Positions 56,172 to 64,000 of a stretch of 64,000 bases of DNA are shown piece after piece. A program made the position numbers and the translations under genes. Source of the stretch: an uncultured virus (IMG/VR IMGVR_UViG_3300010429_001259) (lineage: Duplodnaviria; Heunggongvirae; Uroviricota; Caudoviricetes). A model generated the notes under the pieces. That model saw only the letters and a list, made by a program, of their open reading frames with translations, did no database searches and had not been told where the DNA came from. The stretch lies in the IMG/VR virus record IMGVR_UViG_3300010429_001259, one strand, 5' to 3'. Position 1 is the first letter of the stretch. The number at the start of each line of letters is the position of its first letter.

Positions 56172-56869
56172 GCTGCACCGCCTTCCTTGGTGCTGTGAAA
56201 GGCTTCAGCAGATTCCACGCCATCTAGAAAACTTTGACGGCTTAACCGATTCCTTTCGGAATTTGCCACTAACCACAGTGCGTTTTTTTGTGCGTCTGAC
56301 ATTGGCTTGCGCTCAGCCACCTCGGGCGCGTCGTGCCATGCTGGGGTGGGCGGCTTCGCCAGTTCGGCGCGCAGCCGATCAACCTCGTTTTGCAGCGCCG
56401 CCTCACGCCTGCACGCCAGTTGATACGCCTTGAAACTTTCGCAGGCGTCGTAGGGATTTGGCTGCTCTGGCGCAGTTGCCGGCGCTTTAGGGGCGGCAGA
56501 CAGCAAGTCCTGCACCAGCATTCGCAGTACGTTTTCAGGGTTCCTTGATGTGCTTGTCGTGATGGCGGAATATCCGTTCGGAGCGACTACGCGGATCGTC
56601 TTGAACAGATCATCTTTTGCGTCCACGCGCCAACCTTCAGGGAGGCTGGAGACTGGCGCAGTTGCTGGCGCTGCCAGTGCGGCTTCCACTTCCTCGATAA
56701 GCTCGCGCAAGTCCTCGTTGCGCTGCATCACAGAACTGATTCGGTCGGCATGATCTTGATTGGTTTCATTCCGCTTGCGCCTGTCACACTCGTTTTCAAC
56801 AAGCCGACGATCATTCAGGTATCGAAGCGCCTGCTCCAGCAGGGCGCGGTCAATGGTGATGGTGGTCAC
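56168..56869 (-). CDS. mosaic hypothetical protein
   Basis: 233 aa; RALLEQAL, APATAP x2, ELAKPPTPAWHDAPEVA. Confidence 0.65.
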   Translation of the reverse strand: MTTITIDRALLEQALRYLNDRRLVENECDRRKRNETNQDHADRISSVMQRNEDLRELIEEVEAALAAPATAPVSSLPEGWRVDAKDDLFKTIRVVAPNGYSAITTSTSRNPENVLRMLVQDLLSAAPKAPATAPEQPNPYDACESFKAYQLACRREAALQNEVDRLRAELAKPPTPAWHDAPEVAERKPMSDAQKNALWLVANSERNRLSRQSFLDGVESAEAFHSTKEGGAA

Positions 56870-57096
56870 GGTGTTCCATCCAATTTACTTACGACCCACG
56901 ACGTGACAATCATCGTCGTGACGAACACGAAGACGCACCACATCGTCCAGCCGATGAACTCGACAGCCCGGTCAATTCCACTGCGCATGTCGGCGTGCGG
57001 GCTCGACCCGTCCGAGTTCTCGGTCACGAGATTGCCGCAGTCACAGCACCACGGGTGCCGACCCTGATTGCATGATCCAGTTCCTTCGCAGGTCAT
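56866..57096 (-). CDS. small Cys-rich membrane protein
   Basis: C.G.CNQGR..C N-terminus plus a TM segment. Confidence 0.55.
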   Translation of the reverse strand: MTCEGTGSCNQGRHPWCCDCGNLVTENSDGSSPHADMRSGIDRAVEFIGWTMWCVFVFVTTMIVTSWVVSKLDGTP

Positions 57097-57446
57097 GATT
57101 CCTCCCTTTCCAGGCGTTCGTCCATGTCACGGTCAGCGCGATCGTTCAGGCGCTCTTCAGCCCAGGCATCGACCGCGTCCTCGATCTCGTCGGACTCATA
57201 GCCACGATCCTCCATCGTGCGGCGGATGAAACGCTCAGTTGGCATAGCTACCTTCCTTCCAGTGCAGTCCGAACACACTTGGGAAAAACTCTCCCTGGTC
57301 CGTCCAGACGCGCCCTGTGCTGCTCGGCTTATGCGGTGGCGTTCCGCCTTGGAGCGTGTGCGCCTCCCCTCGAAAATCGAGGACCGTCATGCCCTCATCA
57401 ACATCCTGACCAGCAGCGGTCACAAGGCGCCAGTTGTCTTTCGCGA

Positions 57447-57956
57447 TCATTTGTGGCTGTCCTCCATTAGTTTTTTGAACACGAGTGCGTCTTCCTTTTG
57501 CGCAAAGTCGGCAACCCAAGTTTCTAAGCCGCACTTCGTAGTCTCGTAGAGAGTCCAGCAGTCAGCTTTGCTTTCCAGACAATGGATATAAATTCCGTCT
57601 ATGTTGGCGCGGGATCGCACTTCATAGGTGAAGACCGGCCCCACCCACTCAGTCCACCTACGGTCAAGTTCGGCGACGTACTCGTCATTGGTTGGCAAGC
57701 CGTCAAGCTCGTAAAGCCACGCACCCATCGGCTCCGCGAACTCGTAGGCATACACGCCAGGGCACCCAGTATCTGCGTGACCTCGATCCAGAAACCACTG
57801 CTCCTGAATCTCTGCAAGAGAGGCGATTTCAGCCATCGTCTCAACCTGCCCGCCGTCGGACAACATGCATTTGCCGGGCGTTTTCTTCTCAGCTTCTGTA
57901 TAGCCCTTAGCCAAATAGATGGCGGTCATGGCAACTTCAGTTACATCAGGTGTCAT
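57447..57956 (-). CDS. hypothetical protein
   Basis: 169-aa ORF, AGGAG RBS. Confidence 0.65.
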   Translation of the reverse strand: MTPDVTEVAMTAIYLAKGYTEAEKKTPGKCMLSDGGQVETMAEIASLAEIQEQWFLDRGHADTGCPGVYAYEFAEPMGAWLYELDGLPTNDEYVAELDRRWTEWVGPVFTYEVRSRANIDGIYIHCLESKADCWTLYETTKCGLETWVADFAQKEDALVFKKLMEDSHK

Positions 57957-58047
57957 GGTTCTTCTCCTATGGATTCAAGCCAATCCCGCGCCGCCGACTC
58001 AGCCGCGAGCATTCTCTCCGAAGGCTTTTACATCGGAGCTTGGGTAG

Positions 58048-58608
58048 TTAGGCAGGGTCATCGGGCACCTCCACGTGAACTCCAGGCTTCACCTCCTGGA
58101 AGTAATCCAAGGCGTCCTGCACCGTTGAATGCAGCTGTGACAGCTCCGACTCTTCCGAAGGGAAGACGGATTGGTAAAAGTCGCCGGTCCGTTCAACGCA
58201 GTAGACCTCTGAGGCAAGCTCATCGGGCACCTCCACGAATTCTCCCAGCTTGGACGACACGTAGCAGCGGGCCTTGGCGATTAGCTCGGTTTCGCCCATT
58301 ACCTCTTGGTGATCGTCACCGTCAGTGACCCACGCGCCCCAATTAGGCACCTCCCATTCTGGATGGAAGGTGGCGCCGATCCTCGCCCCCGAGAAGATAG
58401 GCCCGCCTTGGGACCAGTCGGTTGTGGGGGAGTAGGTGCAGCCGTTCAGCGTGGCGACGGCAACTTCTTTGGTGTATCGGGCGATTTTGAATTGCACCGA
58501 GCCGTCATTCGGGAAAGCATACCAATCGCCCATCCAGACCCCGCCCTCGATGGTTGCCACCATCCAGTTCAACTGGTTCTTGGTGGCTTCACTGACTTTG
58601 ATTTTCAT
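58048..58608 (-). CDS. DUF2591 / NinX-like protein
   Basis: L.W.VA, YSPTTDWSQGGPI, G.T.LIA..RC.V.SKLG..VEVPDEL. Confidence 0.75.
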   Translation of the reverse strand: MKIKVSEATKNQLNWMVATIEGGVWMGDWYAFPNDGSVQFKIARYTKEVAVATLNGCTYSPTTDWSQGGPIFSGARIGATFHPEWEVPNWGAWVTDGDDHQEVMGETELIAKARCYVSSKLGEFVEVPDELASEVYCVERTGDFYQSVFPSEESELSQLHSTVQDALDYFQEVKPGVHVEVPDDPA

Positions 58609-58781
58609 GTCGTCTCCTCCGGGATTTCGACTTCCTCGCCCAACTCGGACATCACGACGCAACGCAAGCCGGCGATGAGCGGCGTTAGTCCGAATACATA
58701 GAAATGGCCGCGATGCTCGGCGGGAGAGATGAATACTCCCCGTTTACCAATGCAGGCTTTCTGTGTGAAGAAGTTGGTCAT
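58605..58781 (-). CDS. DUF2591 C-terminal-like short protein or fragment
   Basis: GLTPLIAGLRCVVMSELGEEVEIPEE resembles the neighbouring gene. Confidence 0.55.
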   Translation of the reverse strand: MTNFFTQKACIGKRGVFISPAEHRGHFYVFGLTPLIAGLRCVVMSELGEEVEIPEETT

Positions 58782-58999
58782 GTAAATTCCTGGCCAACTA
58801 TCACCGGCGGGGGTATGAGACGAACAGAACCAGACCCTCTGCAAAAATCCACGATCGTGAAGGGCCTTGGGAAATACAGCTCTGCAAAGGCAAGGCCTTC
58901 ATCGAGCGCGGTTTCTGGCGTCGCTTCGTAGGGGCCAATCCAGAGGGCATCTTTGCCGCGACACATGATGCGGATCACGTAGTCGACGGGGACGCTCAT
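58778..58999 (-). CDS. hypothetical protein
   Basis: 73-aa coupled ORF, GGAGG RBS. Confidence 0.55.
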   Translation of the reverse strand: MSVPVDYVIRIMCRGKDALWIGPYEATPETALDEGLAFAELYFPRPFTIVDFCRGSGSVRLIPPPVIVGQEFT

Positions 59000-59187
59000 T
59001 GATCACCTCCGTCAATCTCCTCCTCTTCGATCGAATCGTCCCGGCCGCAGTCGTTACAGAACCCATTGTCGTAGATCCCACCAAGCTCCCATTCCTGAGT
59101 CTCTTTGTTCCACGACACATAGGCATCTCGGCCTACGTTCTCACTACCGCAATGTTCGCAGACCATTCGTATTCTCACGTCGCTCAT
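58996..59187 (-). CDS. small zinc-ribbon protein
   Basis: CEHCGS...FCNDC. Confidence 0.65.
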   Translation of the reverse strand: MSDVRIRMVCEHCGSENVGRDAYVSWNKETQEWELGGIYDNGFCNDCGRDDSIEEEEIDGGDQ

Positions 59188-59822
59188 CGTTCATTCTCCA
59201 GACGTTGATGGGAGCCGTATTTCCAAACCGGCATAGGAGTGCACGCCAATGAACCTCGTACATGGCTTGAATGTGCCATTCGGCTCGGGCATAGCGTCTC
59301 TGCCGCTGCTTTTGCTTCCTTGATGGCATAGTCAAGCCCGTAGAGCCCCCAACAGGACTCAACTTCATTGTCTCCATCCATGATTCGGTAGCCGTAAACG
59401 TCCCCTTGCAGGTATTGACTGAACGTCTCAACTTCAGTGATCATCGTCCGCAACGCTTCTCGGCGAACAACTTTTTCGACTTGTCCAGGAAATTCCTGAA
59501 TGGCGCGCTCGTAGGTACAAAACACGAACCCAGACTGACCACTGTCCCATGGACAATCGAATGGATTGCTTTCAGCGGCGTGGATCACGGCACTGCCGTG
59601 GACATAGGCGAAGACCGGCATACCGATCAATTTATAGGAAGTGATGCCTCTGCGGATGTCATCCATCTGCGCGTGTGTGACATGCCGAGTCCCGAGTGTG
59701 TATTGAAGAGACGTATAAACGATCTCGCCGACGTTGTCCCACTCAGCGGGTGACTGAGGATCACAGTCCTGCTCGATGAACACCCGCAGATGACCAACTT
59801 CAAACGACTTCAGGGGTGGCAT
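59184..59822 (-). CDS. conserved phage/plasmid hypothetical protein
   Basis: Y.HG, CPWDSGQ.GF, YL.GDVYGY, SCWG.YG. Confidence 0.7.
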   Translation of the reverse strand: MPPLKSFEVGHLRVFIEQDCDPQSPAEWDNVGEIVYTSLQYTLGTRHVTHAQMDDIRRGITSYKLIGMPVFAYVHGSAVIHAAESNPFDCPWDSGQSGFVFCTYERAIQEFPGQVEKVVRREALRTMITEVETFSQYLQGDVYGYRIMDGDNEVESCWGLYGLDYAIKEAKAAAETLCPSRMAHSSHVRGSLACTPMPVWKYGSHQRLENER

Positions 59823-60213
59823 TTTTCAGTTCCTTCCATCTTCCGCCGCTCGAACATTTCCACTTCTTGCCGTCAAACAAGTAGAACCACTCGGCACCGC
59901 ATTCACGTCCTGCATCGAGAAACGATGTCAGATTGTCGTGTACCTGCGCATCAGTCTCTACTTCACCCCGATCACGGCCGTAGGCAACACACTGTCCGTT
60001 ATCTGGGCGATCGAAGTCGGTACGTTCACCAAGTCGTTCGCCGAGAGATGACAAATCACCCAGGCTCATCAGCTTCTTGACAGCGTCATGCTGGTTATAG
60101 TGATTCAGCAGGAGTGGCCCATGATGCTCAGGATAACCATCCCAATGGACATAAATTGACAGGATCTGCCCGTCTGGCAGCTTCATACCAACACGTGAAC
60201 GAGTAGCCATCAT
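59800..60213 (-). CDS. conserved phage hypothetical protein
   Basis: MATRS..SIYVHWDGYP..G..L..HY..LGDLSSL..AYGRDRGE. Confidence 0.75.
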   Translation of the reverse strand: MMATRSRVGMKLPDGQILSIYVHWDGYPEHHGPLLLNHYNQHDAVKKLMSLGDLSSLGERLGERTDFDRPDNGQCVAYGRDRGEVETDAQVHDNLTSFLDAGRECGAEWFYLFDGKKWKCSSGGRWKELKNATPEVV

Positions 60214-60284
60214 CTTCTCCTTGTGTTATTCGCGAGGCTCGTCAAGCGCTCGCTGCTTTAAAAAGCCGTTTAATTTGCTTGAGT

Positions 60285-60530
60285 TCACCTGATCAGCGAC
60301 TCCAGTGCAGCCACAACACTCGGACCGGCCAGCAACGTGTTGAGGAATGAAAGCATTCCGGACTTGTCCGTGGGCACATCGATCTCAGCTGTGGTGATTT
60401 CTTTGCGGTGCCAGCCCACAATCCCCAACCGCTTACGTTCAGCGGCTGCGTCAGCCTGAGTGCCGACGAATTTGGCCGAAGCCATGAGTTCGGAATCTGC
60501 CGTGTTTGTATAGACGAGGTATGTCTTCAT
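60285..60530 (-). CDS. hypothetical protein
   Basis: 81-aa ORF coupled to the dUTPase. Confidence 0.6.
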   Translation of the reverse strand: MKTYLVYTNTADSELMASAKFVGTQADAAAERKRLGIVGWHRKEITTAEIDVPTDKSGMLSFLNTLLAGPSVVAALESLIR

Positions 60531-61162
60531 TTTGCTTCCTTGGATGTCGTGTAAAGATGATCGAGCTGAACCAACAACTCGTCCGGAGAAAGTCCGGGAC
60601 GGGACGACATGACCCAGGCCAAGACCTCGTTGTCTTCTTTCCCGTTCCAGACTTTGCGGTACGTGCCTTCCTGATAGCCATGGTCCTGGCGGAACAGATT
60701 CAGCACGTTTTTGGCGATGTACATCTTGTGGAGTTCATCGCCAGATAAGTTCAGCTGTTCGGCCAAGGCCGTGAAACGCGTCGGCAGCGACAGTGTGTGC
60801 GTCGTGGCATTCACAGCCAGCATTTCCAGGTTCGTCGGAATCGGCTGCGTGCGAAAATACTGCAGCGACATGGATTGGAGATGACTGAACAGTCGCTGTG
60901 ACGCGTCATTGACAGAGCCATAGTCCTGCAGATACTGGCTCAGGATGAAGTGCCAGATATCTACCAACTCGAGTTTTGTCTGGACAAGATCGGGCTCTTG
61001 TTTCTTCCACCACTTCCAGCCGTAATGCTCGAGGGCTTCAGCCGCTTCGACCATGATGGCGCGGTGCCACGGGAAACCGGCGGAGCGCCAGGTCGGATGA
61101 ACGATGCAGTTCAGGCGATCTTGCAGTTCAGCCTGCACGCGAATTTTTTCGAGGGATAACAT
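60527..61162 (-). CDS. dimeric (all-alpha) dUTPase, dUTPase_2 family
   Basis: E..E...H.GWKWWKK, ELVDIWHF, KN.LN.FRQDHGY.EGTY.K.W.G.EDNEV. Confidence 0.9.
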   Translation of the reverse strand: MLSLEKIRVQAELQDRLNCIVHPTWRSAGFPWHRAIMVEAAEALEHYGWKWWKKQEPDLVQTKLELVDIWHFILSQYLQDYGSVNDASQRLFSHLQSMSLQYFRTQPIPTNLEMLAVNATTHTLSLPTRFTALAEQLNLSGDELHKMYIAKNVLNLFRQDHGYQEGTYRKVWNGKEDNEVLAWVMSSRPGLSPDELLVQLDHLYTTSKEAK

Positions 61163-61361
61163 TGAGCTTCTCTTCCTTTTCCTTGTCACGTTTCGGGAGT
61201 GGGTGCCAGCCGGTGTAGAACCCGTTATTGCTCCATTGACCGACGGTACAGATACCGCCGATCGTCAGGAGAAGAACTTTTGCACTGGGTGGCGGTTCTT
61301 CATCCCCAGCACCCGGGTAATAGAACTGCGCGCCGCCGGCGATGTATTCAGGGTTTGTCAC
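61128..61361 (-). CDS. hypothetical protein
   Basis: PP...KVLLLT.GG....G.W......W.PLP pattern. Confidence 0.6.
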   Translation of the reverse strand: MTNPEYIAGGAQFYYPGAGDEEPPPSAKVLLLTIGGICTVGQWSNNGFYTGWHPLPKRDKEKEEKLNVIPRKNSRAG

Positions 61362-62251
61362 AGGTCGTCCTTGTGACGGAGGCCGAGGTACACCGGATGC
61401 CGGGGCTTGTCCTTGACGCCGACCGGGAAATACTTGTATTTCACGATCATGCCGCGACGGTCGCTCAGCCAGAATTGCTGCTTATCCAGGTCCGTGAATC
61501 CGGTACCAATCTGGAACTCCACGCCTGTCTGAATGTCGCGCACCAGCAGAGCACCCATGCGCTGCTTACCGGTTTTGTTCTCCTGATGGCTGCTGCGTTT
61601 TGTGCGACCGAGCTCATTGGTCGTCGCTTCGTTACCGTTGTGCATCTCCTCGATGATTTCGAGGATCTCGGCCTCACTGTCGCAGAACCGCTTGAGCTTC
61701 AGAAGGTAGCCCTCCTTCACAGTGCTACGACCGAACTTGTACGGGCTGTCAATAGAACGAAGAATGACTCCTTCAAAGCCTAGACCGACAGTCTGTGCTT
61801 CGTAAGCCTGAAGTCCAGCTTCATCCGTGATCAGAGTCTGCGCAAGATAGTCGATCTTGACTGAACTGGTTAGATCGTCACGACCAAACCAAACGTTTAT
61901 CAGATGGTCGTATCGATCGGCATACGGCCATCCATCCTGGTTGTGAAGATCAAAGACCCAGTATGTGGCTTGAGGTACGCCATCCCGGGACATCACGCCG
62001 CTCACTGTATCGCGATACACCATCGGGCTCGATGCAGGGCCGACGATCAATTCGCCGTCCAGGCCAGTCAGTTTGTGGTCCGAAAGGGCGTTATAGATGA
62101 ACCGATTCGGAACTTCCTTGAGTGTGCGGGTCAGAAGTCGGCCGTCAACAACAGAAGCACGAATTCCATCGAGCTTTGGAGACGCATAGACAGGAAAGCG
62201 GAGCTTATCCAGATCGGCGTCTGTTGCCAACATTGGTTTGAAAAGGGTCAT
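61358..62251 (-). CDS. lig: ATP-dependent DNA ligase
   Basis: Motif I PKLDGIR, LDGEL, VFDL, EGVIL, LLKLK, IGTGF, PRHPVY. Confidence 0.95.
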   Translation of the reverse strand: MTLFKPMLATDADLDKLRFPVYASPKLDGIRASVVDGRLLTRTLKEVPNRFIYNALSDHKLTGLDGELIVGPASSPMVYRDTVSGVMSRDGVPQATYWVFDLHNQDGWPYADRYDHLINVWFGRDDLTSSVKIDYLAQTLITDEAGLQAYEAQTVGLGFEGVILRSIDSPYKFGRSTVKEGYLLKLKRFCDSEAEILEIIEEMHNGNEATTNELGRTKRSSHQENKTGKQRMGALLVRDIQTGVEFQIGTGFTDLDKQQFWLSDRRGMIVKYKYFPVGVKDKPRHPVYLGLRHKDDL

Positions 62252-62484
62252 TTCTTCGAAGCTCCGTGACTTTGTGTGATGAGTTGAAGAGCGCGCGAGG
62301 CGACTTGATCGCCGGCCTGTGCAGCTCGAATGACGATAGCTTTAGCCACGGCAATATTTGTGTTCGTGCCTGCCGCCAAGGCTTCGACTTGCCAGTGGCA
62401 TGCGTCCTGCACATAGACATGGCACAACTGCCAGCCTTGGCGTTCTGCATATTCTTTCTCTTCGTCGTTGAGCAAGTCGTACAT
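62248..62484 (-). CDS. hypothetical protein
   Basis: 78-aa ORF coupled to the ligase. Confidence 0.6.
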   Translation of the reverse strand: MYDLLNDEEKEYAERQGWQLCHVYVQDACHWQVEALAAGTNTNIAVAKAIVIRAAQAGDQVASRALQLITQSHGASKK

Positions 62485-62495
62485 GGCTTCGCGTG

Positions 62496-62984
62496 CTACA
62501 CAGCTTGGTTCTTGGGCCAGCCGGCCCTCACAAAGTCCGCCACGACATTGGCAATCGCCGGCAGGTTACGGGTCTTCGTTTCTTCTGCCGGCAGATATTT
62601 CGCAAACTCCGGAAACATCTCGGCCAAAGCTTTGGTGGTCGTCGCGCTGGCTGCAGCCTGTTCAAGCTGGTTGCGAAGCCTGCTGAGCGCGAGACTTTGT
62701 TCTTTTTCCAGTTGTTTGAGCCGATCCATCGCCTGGATGTCTTCGGCGTGAAATGCAGCGTGTTTGCGAGGAAATGGTCCGTAACCATACCATTGACCAA
62801 TGCATGCCCATTCAAGTTCGAACCAGTCAGGGTACTTGTCGTATACCGCGGCAATCTCCCACGGCATCATCGCGCGGCCGATCCGATTGGCTTCCCTTTG
62901 CATCTGGTCGATGTAGTCGACGCTCGGCACGTCATTCATGACACTGTTCACGAACGCGCTACGGATGGAATTGGTAAGTCTCAC
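62496..62984 (-). CDS. Nmad5-like (nucleotide-modification-associated) protein
   Basis: MRLTN.IR..., L.......T.K.L.E.FPE..KYLP. Confidence 0.65.
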   Translation of the reverse strand: MRLTNSIRSAFVNSVMNDVPSVDYIDQMQREANRIGRAMMPWEIAAVYDKYPDWFELEWACIGQWYGYGPFPRKHAAFHAEDIQAMDRLKQLEKEQSLALSRLRNQLEQAAASATTTKALAEMFPEFAKYLPAEETKTRNLPAIANVVADFVRAGWPKNQAV

Positions 62985-63379
62985 TGTGTTCTCCTGGTGA
63001 TGAAATCTGCAAGTTGTTTACGCGAAATAAGCAGTTCGCGAAATATTGCTGCGGTGCACTTGTTTTCCCATGCGGCGGGCGTTGTCCACATCACGCCGCC
63101 TTCCTTACTCCCGACGATCACGGCCACATTGCGTCCCTCACAGTAGCGGGCACCGAGCCATTCCTTCTGGAGTTCTGACAGCCCGAACTCGATGAGCGTG
63201 TCGTCGCGCTTCGGAACTGTAATGAATTTGTATTCGGCCCAAAGGTCTCCCTTCGGGCCGCTGTACCAGACATCGGCGATACCGCCGTTGTACTGGTTGT
63301 GGTTCTTCATCCAGTAGAGTCCATCCGGCAGATGCCGGTGGACACTGGCGATGAAGGTATTCTCAGGACCCTTGGCCAT
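62981..63379 (-). CDS. VRR-NUC / resolvase-like PD-(D/E)XK nuclease
   Basis: PE..F, GIAD, W.EYK, LSELQ.EW, VAVIVG. Confidence 0.7.
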   Translation of the reverse strand: MAKGPENTFIASVHRHLPDGLYWMKNHNQYNGGIADVWYSGPKGDLWAEYKFITVPKRDDTLIEFGLSELQKEWLGARYCEGRNVAVIVGSKEGGVMWTTPAAWENKCTAAIFRELLISRKQLADFITRRTQ

Positions 63380-63875
63380 TGATGTGAACGACTTCGATGT
63401 TGTTGCCGAAGACCTTCTTTAGCTCGGAAATGAGTTTTTCGTCGAACCGATCGAGCTCAGGTGCGGGCCTGAATCCGAACTCCGAGTCAACCAACTCCTT
63501 GATGAGATCGTTGATCGCGGAAACCGATTTCTTCGCATCGGTGGCGTGGGCCTTGGCTTCCCGGGCAAGCGTCGAAATGGTCTCGTCCTGCGCCTTGTTC
63601 GAGTGCGCCACTTCAGCGTCCATCAGCCGCTTCTCGACCAGGCGGATGTAGCCGCCGATGTCAGTCCAGCTGTCGATGTAGTTCGGATCGCCGTTCAGAA
63701 TGCGGCCAATCTTGTGCGCCGTCATCTCGAGGGCTTCCTTCTGGTCGTCGGCCAGTGCTTTCCAGTTAGGCGTCGCCCACATGACCTCTTTCAGGCCCTG
63801 GGTGATCTCGGCATGGTTGGGAAATTCGCCATAGCGCTTGCCGCGCTCGGCCAGGGTGTTGTCAATAGAGGTCAT
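63363..63875 (-). CDS. DUF6378-like protein
   Basis: L.ERG.RYG.F, KIGRI.NGDP...DSW.DI.GY. Confidence 0.75.
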   Translation of the reverse strand: MTSIDNTLAERGKRYGEFPNHAEITQGLKEVMWATPNWKALADDQKEALEMTAHKIGRILNGDPNYIDSWTDIGGYIRLVEKRLMDAEVAHSNKAQDETISTLAREAKAHATDAKKSVSAINDLIKELVDSEFGFRPAPELDRFDEKLISELKKVFGNNIEVVHINGQGS

Positions 63876-64000
63876 TGCTTTACTTTCGCTTTCGTGAAAA
63901 GGGCAGCATGGATTTGCTGCAGGGTCATCGCCTGCTGAACGGCATCGCTCAGGGCGTTGTGCTTGGTGCCAGTAGGAGGCAGACGAATGTCTTTGGCGCC
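63872..64000 (-). CDS. 3' end of a DEDDh 3'-5' exonuclease (partial)
   Basis: ...GTKHNALSDAVQQA...; gene starts beyond the window end. Confidence 0.7.
   Translation of the reverse strand, partial: GAKDIRLPPTGTKHNALSDAVQQAMTLQQIHAALFTKAKVKQ

Overview
The window is most of a tailed dsDNA phage genome. It is GC-rich and the spanins point to a Gram-negative host. No tape-measure or sheath gene is recognisable and there are very large internal virion proteins, so podovirus-like morphology is likely. Positions 1-15.3 kb (minus strand) hold replication and early genes: family A DNA polymerase (runs off the window start), SNF2 helicase, Cas4-like nuclease, a MoxR-AAA/vWA-metallopeptidase module, a primase/SF3 helicase and small ORFs. 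Positions 15.4-51.7 kb (plus strand) hold the virion and lysis block: TerS, TerL, ferritin-like protein, portal, scaffold, gp49/66 and RyR proteins, DUF4043 capsid, tail proteins, holin/SAR endolysin/spanins and a 2799-aa polyvalent protein. Positions 51.7-64 kb (minus strand) hold accessory and nucleotide-metabolism genes and two tandem C4-type antisense RNAs. The most interesting signals are non-coding: (i) a repeated kink-turn plus RBS-sequestering hairpin leader in front of two virion genes, (ii) an AT-rich iteron/palindrome element present as an inverted pair 40 kb apart, (iii) a repeated hairpin leader on early genes, and (iv) a structured-RNA cluster around the C4 copies. No integrase, reverse transcriptase, CRISPR array or complete tRNA was seen. 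Family names come from motif recognition by eye, not from database searches.
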